DNA of 64,000 nucleotides from Thermoproteota archaeon (GCA_037917685.1 JAVCBU010000011.1:1-64000), one strand, 5' to 3'; positions 39,584 to 49,067 are shown, counted from the stretch's first letter. Program-made: numbers and translations. The notes: generated from the letters alone by a model not told the origin.

Positions 39584-40029
39584 GGAGATTCACCTCTTAA
39601 CATTCTTGTAAGATACTCTATTTGCTTTCTTTGCGAAACCTGGCTTGGCGTCACTATTTTTAAAGCCTGGTTTGGACATTTCTCAACGCACACTCCGCAG
39701 AGATCACAGATGTACGCGTAGCCATCCGGGTGTATGTCTATGGCTCCTATTATGCAGGCCTCGACACAAAGTCCACAGCCTATACATCTCTCCGCGATCA
39801 CCTTCACTATCTCGTCTTCTTCGATGGCGTTTACAGGGCATACCCTGGCGCATTGAGGGCTGTAGCAGTGGACGCATGCTATAGGTAGGTCTATTAGCTC
39901 CCTTGTCCTGACAACTCTGATCCTTGACTTCCTCGGGTTATAAACTTTCTCCTTCTCAAAGGAGCATACTATTTCGCAGATCCTACAGCCCGAGCATTGA
40001 AGCGGATCAGCATAAATAAACTTCTTCAT
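39580..40029 (-). CDS. 4Fe-4S dicluster subunit
   Basis: CSGCRICEIVC, CVHC...C..VCP, CIGCGLCVEAC, CDLCGVCVEKCP. Confidence 0.9.
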   Translation of the reverse strand: MKKFIYADPLQCSGCRICEIVCSFEKEKVYNPRKSRIRVVRTRELIDLPIACVHCYSPQCARVCPVNAIEEDEIVKVIAERCIGCGLCVEACIIGAIDIHPDGYAYICDLCGVCVEKCPNQALKIVTPSQVSQRKQIEYLTRMLRGESP

Positions 40030-40033
40030 AATA

Positions 40034-41125
40034 CTACACCTCCACGATCATTCTGATGGCATGTACGGGGCAAACTGAGCTGCAAAGTCCGCACCCCTCG
40101 CATCTTTCAACAATATTGGAGGCCCTGCCGTCAACCATTTCCATGGCTTGGTATGGGCAAACCTTGACACATAGCCCGCAACCCGTACACTTCTCCTGGA
40201 TCACACTTGACTTCCAGGAGCGGTAGTCAGGTTTGCCAGTAATATTTCTAGCTGCTGATCCCACAGCCTCTGAAACACTTGAATATCCTAGAGACTCCAA
40301 TTCCTGCTCGAATTCGTTTACTATACGGTCTAGCTTCTCTACGCCGTGGATCAGCGCTGCTGTAAGCACACCGAAAGCATCGGCCCCTGCCATAACCATC
40401 TCAACGGCATCTCTTCCGTTCGAAATCCCTCCTCCACCTATGATTGGATTCTTAAAGCTCCTGTATAATTCGCTTACAACCCTGAGGGCGATCGGCTTCA
40501 ACGCGGGCCCGCTTACATATCCATAACCGTACTTTGCCCCGAGCACCGGCCTCCTATTCTCTATATCAAGAAGCAGGCCAGGGCCTATAGTATTGATTCC
40601 GGATAGAACCTTACAACCTGCCTCAACAGCCGCCTTCACATGGGACATAGGGGTTAGCGGGCCCACCTTGACAGCCAATGGCACGCTGACTTTCTCAAGT
40701 GCTGCTTTGACCGTATGAGTAATCCATTTTTCACCTATGGTTGAGGGGATCGGAATCTCTATAAGGTCTGCACCCGCATCCTGAAGTATCCCGGCCATCC
40801 AGGCTGTCTTTTCAGGATCCATGTCTAGCACACTGACAAATACTGGCTTGTTGGACTCAGCCTTTAGCTGAGGAAGCTCACGGGAAATCATGTCTATTGA
40901 CGGGGCTGACCAATCATAGTTTATCAGGCCCCCGCTGAAATGGTACATGTTAGGCTTTGGTGTATCCATGGCTCTTGCTTTGACTGTTTTTATTGTTATC
41001 GCTCCGATCTTAAAGTTTAACAGTCTTTTAGCCGCCGTACAGTCTCTTGTGAGAGGTCCTGGAAAAACTACAAGGGGATATTCAAGGGTTAACCCCCTTT
41101 CTATGGTTACGGTCAGATCTACCAT
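40034..41125 (-). CDS. PreA/dihydroorotate dehydrogenase-like FMN protein with C-terminal 2x[4Fe-4S] domain
   Basis: IKT, GLIN, INT, SGPALKP, GGGG, then CTGCGLCVKVCP and CEGCGLCSSVCP. Confidence 0.85.
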   Translation of the reverse strand: MVDLTVTIERGLTLEYPLVVFPGPLTRDCTAAKRLLNFKIGAITIKTVKARAMDTPKPNMYHFSGGLINYDWSAPSIDMISRELPQLKAESNKPVFVSVLDMDPEKTAWMAGILQDAGADLIEIPIPSTIGEKWITHTVKAALEKVSVPLAVKVGPLTPMSHVKAAVEAGCKVLSGINTIGPGLLLDIENRRPVLGAKYGYGYVSGPALKPIALRVVSELYRSFKNPIIGGGGISNGRDAVEMVMAGADAFGVLTAALIHGVEKLDRIVNEFEQELESLGYSSVSEAVGSAARNITGKPDYRSWKSSVIQEKCTGCGLCVKVCPYQAMEMVDGRASNIVERCEGCGLCSSVCPVHAIRMIVEV

Positions 41126-41128
41126 CTA

Positions 41129-42988
41129 CTATTCACCCTTAACCTTTATCTTGAGTTCTACAAGCTTTTCCTCTGGGACTATTCCGTCACTGGTCCATCC
41201 TCTAAGCTTGTAGTACTCGTCAAGCATGGGGTCAAGCTCTACAGTCTGGCCTTTAAGGCCACCCTCTGGTAGAGGCTCTTCTAGAAGCCTCCTTGGAAGC
41301 TGGTCGTCCTTCCTTGTAATCCCGTGGAGATTATTGTAGTGCCTCTCCAAGTTTATTATCCTCTCACCTATCCTCATAATCTTTTCAACAGTAAACTCTA
41401 CACCTGTTAGATGGCTTAGCGCCTCTGCCAGTAGCTCCGCTGATAATGTGTAGAAGGTAAAGAAGGTATACTTGCAGGCGATTACAGAGTCTAGTACAGC
41501 CCCAAGATCCTCGTGATACTTAACCATAGGCGCTTTTCCTCTTATTGAGAGGGGGTCAACTGAGTCAGGGCTTCCATAGAGTTTCTCCCCAAGCTCCGGG
41601 GGGAAGCCTATAAGTTCAAAGTTTACTAGGGCCCTTAGATGGTCTGCTCCTCTACTTGCAACTGCAAGCCCCAGGCCAAATCCCTTTGCCCCCCTAACCT
41701 CTACCGCCGGAAGCTCCATACCTTTAACATGCATAGCACATCTTGAGGCTTCCTCTCCAAACTTTCTTGAGGCTCTTGCACAGCCCTCAGCCAGCACGTT
41801 CCCGAATCCTTCACGCCTAGCTATCATCTTTATGAGTCTTATCATGACTTCGCTGTCACCCCACAGGATGTCTATACCCCCTGTATCCTCCCTTGTTATT
41901 ATTCCCTTCTCGTAGCACTCCATAGCCCACGCTATCGTCCCACCGGTCGAGATGGTGTCGAGGCCAAGGCGATTGCATAGCTCATTCATTTCTATTATTG
42001 AAGCGAGGTCTGAGTTCCAGCAGTTTGAACCGAGGCATACTAGGGTTTCATATTCTGGCCCTTCTCCCCCTACACATTTGGAGCCGCTCACAAACATGGC
42101 ATAGTTACTGCAGTGGATAAGGCATGCAAAGCATGCCCTATCCTTAACCTTGTACCTGGAGTCAAGCTCCTCAGCAGATAATAGCTCTCCCTCGGGGAAT
42201 ATTGAGGTCTGCCTATTCCCAGTTGAGATTCTGCCTGCCAGTAGCGCCCTGTCAACTATTGATGGGGTTCCATACCTGGAGAAATACTCGTAGCCTGGTG
42301 CCTCCATTATGAGCTCTGAGGCTTTGTCGCATACCTCCTCAAACTTTCGAATGTTGGCAGCTTCAACCATGCCTTCACCTGAGACTGCTACCGCCTTAAG
42401 CCTTTTAGACCCCATTACAGCTCCTACACCTGTTCTAGCAGCCAGCCGGTACTTCTCATTTACTATACCAGCATACCTCACCAGGTTTTCCCCTGCCGGC
42501 CCTATACATGCAACCCTAACGCCTGGGAGGGTGGACTCCTTTATTCTATCTTCGGTTTCCCATGTGTCTAGGCCCCACAGGTTAGAGGCGTCTCTTATCT
42601 CAGCCTCACCGTCAAATATCATTATGTACACAGGCTTTTCAGCTCTCCCCACTATGACGATGGCGTCAAAACCTGCATACTTCAGCTCTGGTCCAAAGTA
42701 ACCGCCTGAGTTGGCGTCTCCAAGTATACCTGTAAGGGGTGACTTTGCTGTTACGGAGTAGCGGCCTGATCCCGGGAACCTTGTCCCGACAAGCGGGCCT
42801 ACCGAGAATATTAGGTAGTTATCTGGCGAATATGGATCGACATCCGGGTTTGTGGTTTCGTATAGGATTCTTGATCCTATTCCCCTGCCTCCAAGGTAGA
42901 GTCTAAGGTTTTCCCGACTGGATTCCTGCAGTACAACTTTCCCCTTGGAGAGGTCTATAAATAGGGTTTTCCCAGTCCAGCCGTACAT
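41129..42988 (-). CDS. Tungsten AOR-family protein (AOR-4)
   Basis: KSPLTG, IGPAGENLV, CFACLIHC, GPEYET, RGADH, EYYKLRGW. Confidence 0.92.
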   Translation of the reverse strand: MYGWTGKTLFIDLSKGKVVLQESSRENLRLYLGGRGIGSRILYETTNPDVDPYSPDNYLIFSVGPLVGTRFPGSGRYSVTAKSPLTGILGDANSGGYFGPELKYAGFDAIVIVGRAEKPVYIMIFDGEAEIRDASNLWGLDTWETEDRIKESTLPGVRVACIGPAGENLVRYAGIVNEKYRLAARTGVGAVMGSKRLKAVAVSGEGMVEAANIRKFEEVCDKASELIMEAPGYEYFSRYGTPSIVDRALLAGRISTGNRQTSIFPEGELLSAEELDSRYKVKDRACFACLIHCSNYAMFVSGSKCVGGEGPEYETLVCLGSNCWNSDLASIIEMNELCNRLGLDTISTGGTIAWAMECYEKGIITREDTGGIDILWGDSEVMIRLIKMIARREGFGNVLAEGCARASRKFGEEASRCAMHVKGMELPAVEVRGAKGFGLGLAVASRGADHLRALVNFELIGFPPELGEKLYGSPDSVDPLSIRGKAPMVKYHEDLGAVLDSVIACKYTFFTFYTLSAELLAEALSHLTGVEFTVEKIMRIGERIINLERHYNNLHGITRKDDQLPRRLLEEPLPEGGLKGQTVELDPMLDEYYKLRGWTSDGIVPEEKLVELKIKVKGE

Positions 42989-43450
42989 TTAAACACCCAG
43001 CTGGATATCTCCCGCTATCTCAATCATGGTGTTCCACAGCTTTGTTTTTCTATGATCCCAGCTGTCGGTAACTTTTAGTTTTTTAACAGGGCATTTTTCA
43101 ATGCACACCCCGCAAAGGTCGCACTTAAAGGCTTTCCCATTATAATAGGCTACTGCTCCGAACGGGCACGCCACTATGCAGAGCCCACAGCCAATGCACT
43201 TTTCCTGGCTTAGCTGTACGATGTTGTTCTCTCTGTACAGTGCGTCTGTCGGACATACGTCTATGCAGGGGGCTTTATTGCAGTTCTTACATGTAGTGAT
43301 GTAATCCCCCTCTTTGAGTCTTACAACCGTTATAGCTGAGGATGTAGGCTTATATACGCCGAGGTTCTCGGCAGTACACGCCAGCATACATATTTTGCAG
43401 CCTACACATTCTAGCGGGCTTATTGAAATGTAGACCGGCATTTCAACCAC
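42989..43450 (-). CDS. 4Fe-4S dicluster subunit
   Basis: CVGCKICMLAC, CKNC..APC..VCP, CIGCGLCIVACP, CDLCGVCIEKCP. Confidence 0.9.
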   Translation of the reverse strand: MVEMPVYISISPLECVGCKICMLACTAENLGVYKPTSSAITVVRLKEGDYITTCKNCNKAPCIDVCPTDALYRENNIVQLSQEKCIGCGLCIVACPFGAVAYYNGKAFKCDLCGVCIEKCPVKKLKVTDSWDHRKTKLWNTMIEIAGDIQLGV

Positions 43451-44846
43451 TCATCCAGGGTGGCTCCCAGGGCGGTGAGACTGGTGTTTCCTCAGCCTTC
43501 TCTCTGAACTTGTATGCGTTCTCCTCAATCTTCCTGTACGCCTCTTCCTCATCAACCTTTAATATTCTTCCTTTCTCAGAGACGAGTTCCCCGTCTATGA
43601 AAACGTACTCCACGTCGAATCCCCGGACATAATTTGCAACGAGGCTAAGCTTGTCCTCTACAGGCTGAAATCTGGGCTTATCTATGTCGATAACTATTAT
43701 ATCCGCCTTCTTGCCAGGCTCGATGCTTCCTATCTCATGGTCTAACCCCAAAGCCTTAGCTCCGTTTATCGTGGCCATCTCTAAAGCCTGCATTGGTGTT
43801 ATTAGGCTCCTGTCTAGATGGTGTACTCTCAACAGGTATGTTGATATCATCATAAACTCGAACATGTCTGACCAGCCGCCGTCTAGCCCGTAGGCAACAT
43901 TAACTCCTCTACGTAATAGTTCTACGACGGGTGCAATGCCGTGTCCGCCGCGCATGTTACTTTTTACGTTGAAGGCCACGTTTATCCCTGTCCTCTGTAT
44001 TGTGTTTAGCTCGTCCTCATATACGTAGATGCAGTGCGCAACTATCACGTCAGGCTTTAAGAAGCCGAGGCTGTGGAGGAAGTCTATAGATCCCTTCTTC
44101 CCATACCATTTCTTTATTAGGTTAACCTCGTATGGGCTTTGGGCCACGTGCAGTTGGATGCCTGCTTTGTACTCATCAGACAGCTCTCTAACTTTCCTGA
44201 AATACTCTGGTGAGCTTGAAAATGGAGCGTGAACCCCGAACATTCCTCTAATCCTTGAATCTGGCTTAGAATTCCACTTCCTGATAAACTCTAGGTTCGC
44301 TTCAAGCCCCTTATAGCCATGCTCCACCCCCAGCCTTTGGCTTGCCTCGAACGAGATTACAGCCCTAATCCCAACCTCCATCACCGCCTTCGCCTCCCAG
44401 TCCAGGGCTTCCGGAATATCGTTTGGAACCTCCATCAGATCCGAGGTTGTTGTAACACCAGCCCGAACCATGTCCATTGACATGGCTAGAGCTCCATAGT
44501 AGGCTTCTTCGCGTGTGGCTGTCTCCTCAAACCTTGGCCAGTAAACCCTTGTAAGTAGATCTCCGAACTTATCGACAGTAGCCATACCAGGTGGAGGATA
44601 GGTCACCCTCAGGTTTCTTAAATGATAAACCGGCATGTGATTATGCACGTTAACCATGCCCGGCATTATTATCTTGTTAGAAGCATCTATGTCAAGGTCA
44701 GCCTCACCATAAAGCTCAGAAGCCTTATCCGACTCCCCAACGAAAGTTATCCTTCCATCTTCAACGATTACCGTCCCGTCCTCGATTAGCCTTCTATTGG
44801 CGTCCATAGTAATTATAAAACCATGTCTTAGAGCTATATCAGCCAT
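43443..44846 (-). CDS. SsnA/MtaD/guanine deaminase-like amidohydrolase
   Basis: PGMVNVHNH, GVTT, GVHAPFS, LHVAQ, AHC, SNM, GLDG, MATINGAKALG. Confidence 0.85.
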   Translation of the reverse strand: MADIALRHGFIITMDANRRLIEDGTVIVEDGRITFVGESDKASELYGEADLDIDASNKIIMPGMVNVHNHMPVYHLRNLRVTYPPPGMATVDKFGDLLTRVYWPRFEETATREEAYYGALAMSMDMVRAGVTTTSDLMEVPNDIPEALDWEAKAVMEVGIRAVISFEASQRLGVEHGYKGLEANLEFIRKWNSKPDSRIRGMFGVHAPFSSSPEYFRKVRELSDEYKAGIQLHVAQSPYEVNLIKKWYGKKGSIDFLHSLGFLKPDVIVAHCIYVYEDELNTIQRTGINVAFNVKSNMRGGHGIAPVVELLRRGVNVAYGLDGGWSDMFEFMMISTYLLRVHHLDRSLITPMQALEMATINGAKALGLDHEIGSIEPGKKADIIVIDIDKPRFQPVEDKLSLVANYVRGFDVEYVFIDGELVSEKGRILKVDEEEAYRKIEENAYKFREKAEETPVSPPWEPPWMSG

Positions 44847-45414
44847 ACCTCCTCAAATCTACACAGGATATGAAAGCCTTAAGAGTTTTTGAACCACAGG
44901 TTACTTATCGTAGTACAACAGAAGGTTAATGTTAATCTATATATATCATGTTGATACGTGAAAATGTGAAAACATGTATATACATGATTCAAAATATAGA
45001 TAACTTGTCACTATACACCAGAACCTAAGCCCTAAACCTTGATGCTTTACTCTTAAAGGTTTCCAATAGAAGTTCCGCATCTACTCTACTTTTATAACGG
45101 TAAAATGTTAGACTAAAGAAATCTACCGCCCTACACCAGCCGAACCATTTATCATTTCACAATAGTCCCATTGTAATTGGATGAAGGCCTCATTTCACCT
45201 GATTCAAACAGGTCTATGTAGTCTTCGACATTCCACATTTTAAATATAAGTCTTCGGGCTTTAAGGAGATACAAGCTCGTCCTTCTCGCTGCTTGAAAGG
45301 TGAAGTTCCAATGGTTTATAATATTTTCTCGTGACCATATCAAGGTTTAGATCTCTCCACTCAGCGTATTTTCCTCCCAGCAGATAAAGTTAATAAATTA
45401 TTAGGGTTACTGAT

Positions 45415-46170
45415 TTGTTAAGAGATTGGATGTGGATTCCCAGGTGGCTTGGTGAATGTTATTCGAAGCTTTACTTAAAGTTCGGTCAAGAACCCTTCAC
45501 CTTCTCCGAAGCTAGGGATTTCCTATCATTTAGTGAGAACAAGCTTTCCGTCGCATTCAGTAAGCTCCATTCTAAAAGAATTCTACTAGTTTTTAAACGG
45601 GGAAAACCTAGGCTTTATAGACTTTTAGATCCTGAAAACTTCATCTTTATGGCCTCAGGGGCCGTGAAAAACGTTGAGAGGGTTGCTTCTGAAAAATATC
45701 TTAAGCTTATACTTGATTGTCTGAGGGCTCTTTTAAAAACCATAGAGTTGGAGTCCTTCGCCGTTTACGGATCTGTGGCTCGTGGATCAGCATCCAACTA
45801 CAGCGATGTTGACATACTCATAGTCTCGGATTCGCTGAAGGGAAGCTTAGCCTCCAGAATAGATAAGTTATATCATTTGGAGGATGAACTTGAGGAGCTT
45901 AAATGGCTTAGGAAGCATGGGATATATACGTCACTCAGCTTCTACCCCTTAAGGAGGGATGAGGCTCAGAGACTGCCGCTGCTTTTCCTTGATTTAACGG
46001 AAGAGGCGGCAATTATTTACGATAGGAATGGATTCCTTGAGGCGGTGTTGTTGGAGTTTAGAGGTAGGCTGTTAAGGCAGGGAGCGAAACGGGTGATCCT
46101 AGATAGGAAGCATTGGTACTGGGACCTAAAGCCAGACTACAAGTTTGGTGAAAAGGTTGAGATTGCTTAA
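45415..46170 (+). CDS. MNT nucleotidyltransferase with N-terminal winged-HTH-like extension
   Basis: FTFSEA..L..., YRLLDP in the N-terminal part; YGSVARG....SDVDILIV; WYWDLKP.YK.GE..EI. Confidence 0.8.
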   Translation: MLRDWMWIPRWLGECYSKLYLKFGQEPFTFSEARDFLSFSENKLSVAFSKLHSKRILLVFKRGKPRLYRLLDPENFIFMASGAVKNVERVASEKYLKLILDCLRALLKTIELESFAVYGSVARGSASNYSDVDILIVSDSLKGSLASRIDKLYHLEDELEELKWLRKHGIYTSLSFYPLRRDEAQRLPLLFLDLTEEAAIIYDRNGFLEAVLLEFRGRLLRQGAKRVILDRKHWYWDLKPDYKFGEKVEIA

Positions 46171-46585
46171 AATCGCTAAGTCATACCTCCGACAGGCCGA
46201 AGCTAGGATTGAAGATGCCAAAGACGCCCTTCTGGAAAGCAATCACCCTTACGCGGTAAGGCTAAGTCAAGAATGTGTTGAACTGTCCCTAAAGGCTGTT
46301 CTAAAAGCTGTCGGAATAGAATATCCTAAAGTACACGACGTTTCAGATGTCCTAGATGCGGTTAAGGACAGGTTTCCCCAATGGTTTAGAGCTGAAATAG
46401 GGTTTTTACGTGAATCAAGTAAAGCTCTTGCTAAAAAGAGGGAAATAAGTTTTTACGGAGGGGAGGAGGCTTTCCTATCCCCAGACGAGGTTATAAGCAA
46501 GGAGGATGCGATAGACGCTGTACAAAGGGCTACAAAAACACTCAAGTTATGCAAGAAGCTTATCAAAGAAATCAAGAGGATATAG
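46145..46585 (+). CDS. HEPN domain protein
   Basis: RLSQECVELSLKAVL..VGIEYPKVHDV, KREISFYG. Confidence 0.88.
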   Translation: MVKRLRLLKIAKSYLRQAEARIEDAKDALLESNHPYAVRLSQECVELSLKAVLKAVGIEYPKVHDVSDVLDAVKDRFPQWFRAEIGFLRESSKALAKKREISFYGGEEAFLSPDEVISKEDAIDAVQRATKTLKLCKKLIKEIKRI

Positions 46586-46750
46586 ATATATTTACGAATG
46601 ATGAGTATAGATCGTTCGTTCTACTCCATGAGGAGAGAAAGTCTAAGAGTAGGATCCCTAAAGAATATTTTCTCCTCTGGCACTGATTTCTTTTCAAATG
46701 ATTTATGAAATGTTTTCGCCCTTGCATATATCACAGTAATCTTTAAATTA

Positions 46751-46780
46751 TAGTAGACATCTACATAGTAGGGGTCTACA
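46751..46780. promoter_or_regulatory. Probable PadR operator: two tandem GTAG-N4-CTAC palindromes just downstream of a TTTAAAT box
   Basis: TAGTAGACATCTACA TAGTAGGGGTCTACA immediately before the padR ORF. Confidence 0.55.
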
Positions 46781-47302
46781 ATGTGTGTTGGTGGTGTGCT
46801 TTGGAGGTGGAAAAGAGTAAGTCCTATAGAGCTCTTGATACTCCTACAACTCAGAAGAGAGCCACTCTACGGCTACGAGATCATCAAGAAGCTCAAAGAA
46901 GAGTTTAAGGGTGTATGGGAGCCTAAAACAGGCACGATTTACCCGGCTTTGAGAAGGCTGGAGGGTAGAGGCCTAATAAGGACTGAGGTTAGGGATGAGC
47001 GTGAATATTATCATATAACACCGCGGGGCGAGGAAGCCCTAAGGGAAAGCTTACTTGCCCTTGAAGAGAGCCTTAGCTTTGCAGGTAGATATTTCAGATG
47101 CCTGTTCAGGCATGTACCCCCACACCCTAGGATTTTAAGAGTGATATCGTCTGGAATGGACCTTCCTATGCTCGACATCGAGAGCCTTACAGGCTGGGAT
47201 AGGGAGGCTGTCCTATCCATCCTGAAAAGTATTAGGGAAGTGCTTAAGGCAAGACTGAAGTATGTTGAGAGTAAGATTAGAGAGCTTGAACAGTCACAGT
47301 AA
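46781..47302 (+). CDS. PadR-family transcriptional regulator
   Basis: YGYEIIK, GTIYPALRRLE..GLI, YY.IT..G. Confidence 0.9.
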   Translation: MCVGGVLWRWKRVSPIELLILLQLRREPLYGYEIIKKLKEEFKGVWEPKTGTIYPALRRLEGRGLIRTEVRDEREYYHITPRGEEALRESLLALEESLSFAGRYFRCLFRHVPPHPRILRVISSGMDLPMLDIESLTGWDREAVLSILKSIREVLKARLKYVESKIRELEQSQ

Positions 47303-47319
47303 TAGCGGGGTGTACATGC

Positions 47320-48249
47320 TTGACCGAGGCAATAGAGGCTTATGGGCTTACAAAGTGGTATGGAAAGTTTCTAGCAGTTGATCATATTAGCTTTACGGTC
47401 CCGAAAGGTGAGATTTTCGGGTTTCTGGGGCCGAACGGTGCAGGTAAGACGACAACTGTAAGGATGCTGACGGGAATGTCAAAGCCTTCCGAAGGGACGG
47501 CAAGAATAATGGGCTATGACATACAGGCTGATGCTGTCAAGGCAAAGGAGCATATAGGAGTGGTCCCGGACATATCAAACGTTTATGTTGAACTGACGAC
47601 GTGGGAGAACCTTCTGTTTACCGGAAAGCTCTATGGAATACCGAGACATGAGAGGCGGAAGAGGGCGGAAAGCCTTCTCGAACTCTTTGATCTTGAGGAG
47701 AAAAAGCTTGAGCCTGCGGGTAGGCTGTCGAAGGGGATGAGGAGGCGTCTATGCATCGCGATGGCTCTGATGAACAATTCTTCCATCTTATTCCTAGATG
47801 AGCCTACCACAGGCCTAGATGTTCAAAGCGTTATAAAGATAAGAGACCTCATAAGAACTCTAAACCGGCGGGGTCTAACAATATTTCTAACAACACATAA
47901 CATGCAGGAAGCAAATATAATGTGCGAGCGAATAGCAATAATAAACAAAGGAAGAATAGTGGCTGTAGATACCCCGGAAAAGCTTAAGAACAGGGCGAGA
48001 AGGCTACAGTCGGTGGTAGTATCGTTCGACAAGACCGGAAGATGGGTTGAAGAGCATCTTAGAAAGCTCCAAGAACCGTTAAGGGTTGTAAAGGAGGGAG
48101 ATAAGTATAGAATTTACACATCTGATCCTTCAGAGGTGGTGAGGGCGGTATGCGACTTCGCCTGGAAGCAGGGCTTGAAAATAGTATCTATAAATACGGT
48201 GAAACCCAGCTTGGAAGACATATTCCTAGAACTGACAGAAATAGGGTGA
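47320..48249 (+). CDS. ABC-2 type exporter ATPase
   Basis: [28 protein letters not shown]. Confidence 0.92.
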   Translation: MTEAIEAYGLTKWYGKFLAVDHISFTVPKGEIFGFLGPNGAGKTTTVRMLTGMSKPSEGTARIMGYDIQADAVKAKEHIGVVPDISNVYVELTTWENLLFTGKLYGIPRHERRKRAESLLELFDLEEKKLEPAGRLSKGMRRRLCIAMALMNNSSILFLDEPTTGLDVQSVIKIRDLIRTLNRRGLTIFLTTHNMQEANIMCERIAIINKGRIVAVDTPEKLKNRARRLQSVVVSFDKTGRWVEEHLRKLQEPLRVVKEGDKYRIYTSDPSEVVRAVCDFAWKQGLKIVSINTVKPSLEDIFLELTEIG

Positions 48250-48262
48250 GAGGTGGCAGGCT

Positions 48263-49006
48263 ATGAGTAGACTCTTAAGGGAGGCATCTGTCGGGCTTGC
48301 TGTTGCGGAGAAGGACATAAAGGTGTACTACGCCAAGCCAGGCACGGTGATGTTCGGATTCCTGTTTCCACTCTCAATGTTCCTATCCTACATCGCAGGT
48401 AGAGGAGTAACCGTGGATAAAGCAATACCAGTCCTCATAGCGATAACCCCACTCTTTGCATCCTCTTCCATAGGACCGGTGACAATACCTATGGAGAGAA
48501 GGACTAAGACATTTGACAGGTTCCTGACAGCCCCAGTCACACTGCAGGCAATCCTGATTGGGAAGACGATTGCAGGCCTAACATACGGTGCGCTGACATC
48601 CCTGATACCGGTAGTAATAGGCCTGCTCGTAGGGATGAGCATTGTAAGCCCGCTAAAACTTGCGTTAGCCATAACCCTCTCATCCGCGACATTCTCATGT
48701 ATGGGAGTTATGTTCGCAAGTATCCCAACACAGAACCCAGGCCAGGTGATGATGCCCCTAAACTTCGTGAGAATACCACTCCTATTCATAAGTGGAGTAT
48801 TCATCCCCATAGAACAGCTACCAGCATGGGGAAGGACGTTGGCGGCGCTGTCTCCACTGTCATATTCCATGGACCTTGTAAGAGCCGGAATAAAAGGTGT
48901 AGAGTACTACGGCCTAACAGCTTCGGTTGTTGGGCTTATCGTTTACTTTATCCTCTTCTTAATGGTGAGTGTAAAGTTTCACATGGTAATACAGAAAAGA
49001 GAATAG
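48263..49006 (+). CDS. ABC-2 type exporter permease
   Basis: ER...FDR.LTAP, P..FISG.F.P...LP.W, PLSY. Confidence 0.9.
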   Translation: MSRLLREASVGLAVAEKDIKVYYAKPGTVMFGFLFPLSMFLSYIAGRGVTVDKAIPVLIAITPLFASSSIGPVTIPMERRTKTFDRFLTAPVTLQAILIGKTIAGLTYGALTSLIPVVIGLLVGMSIVSPLKLALAITLSSATFSCMGVMFASIPTQNPGQVMMPLNFVRIPLLFISGVFIPIEQLPAWGRTLAALSPLSYSMDLVRAGIKGVEYYGLTASVVGLIVYFILFLMVSVKFHMVIQKRE

Positions 49007-49067
49007 AAGGCGACGTGTAGACTCCGGTGTAAAGGCCAAGCTAAAGATTGTTTTGGGATTTAGCCTT

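Noticed and set aside
37766-41227. 33-bp DNA match at the 3' ends of AOR-3 and AOR-4
   Set aside because: Encodes the family-wide MLxEYYxLRGW motif and a similar tract is in AOR-2; explained by protein conservation.
45152-45381. Short minus-strand ORF, possibly an MNT remnant
   Set aside because: Resemblance too weak to support a call.
11846-48870. Long antisense ORFs (e.g. 11846-12385, 23299-23850, 24797-25423, 27055-27603, 48388-48870)
   Set aside because: Ser/Pro/Leu-rich shadow frames opposite well-supported genes; no independent motifs.
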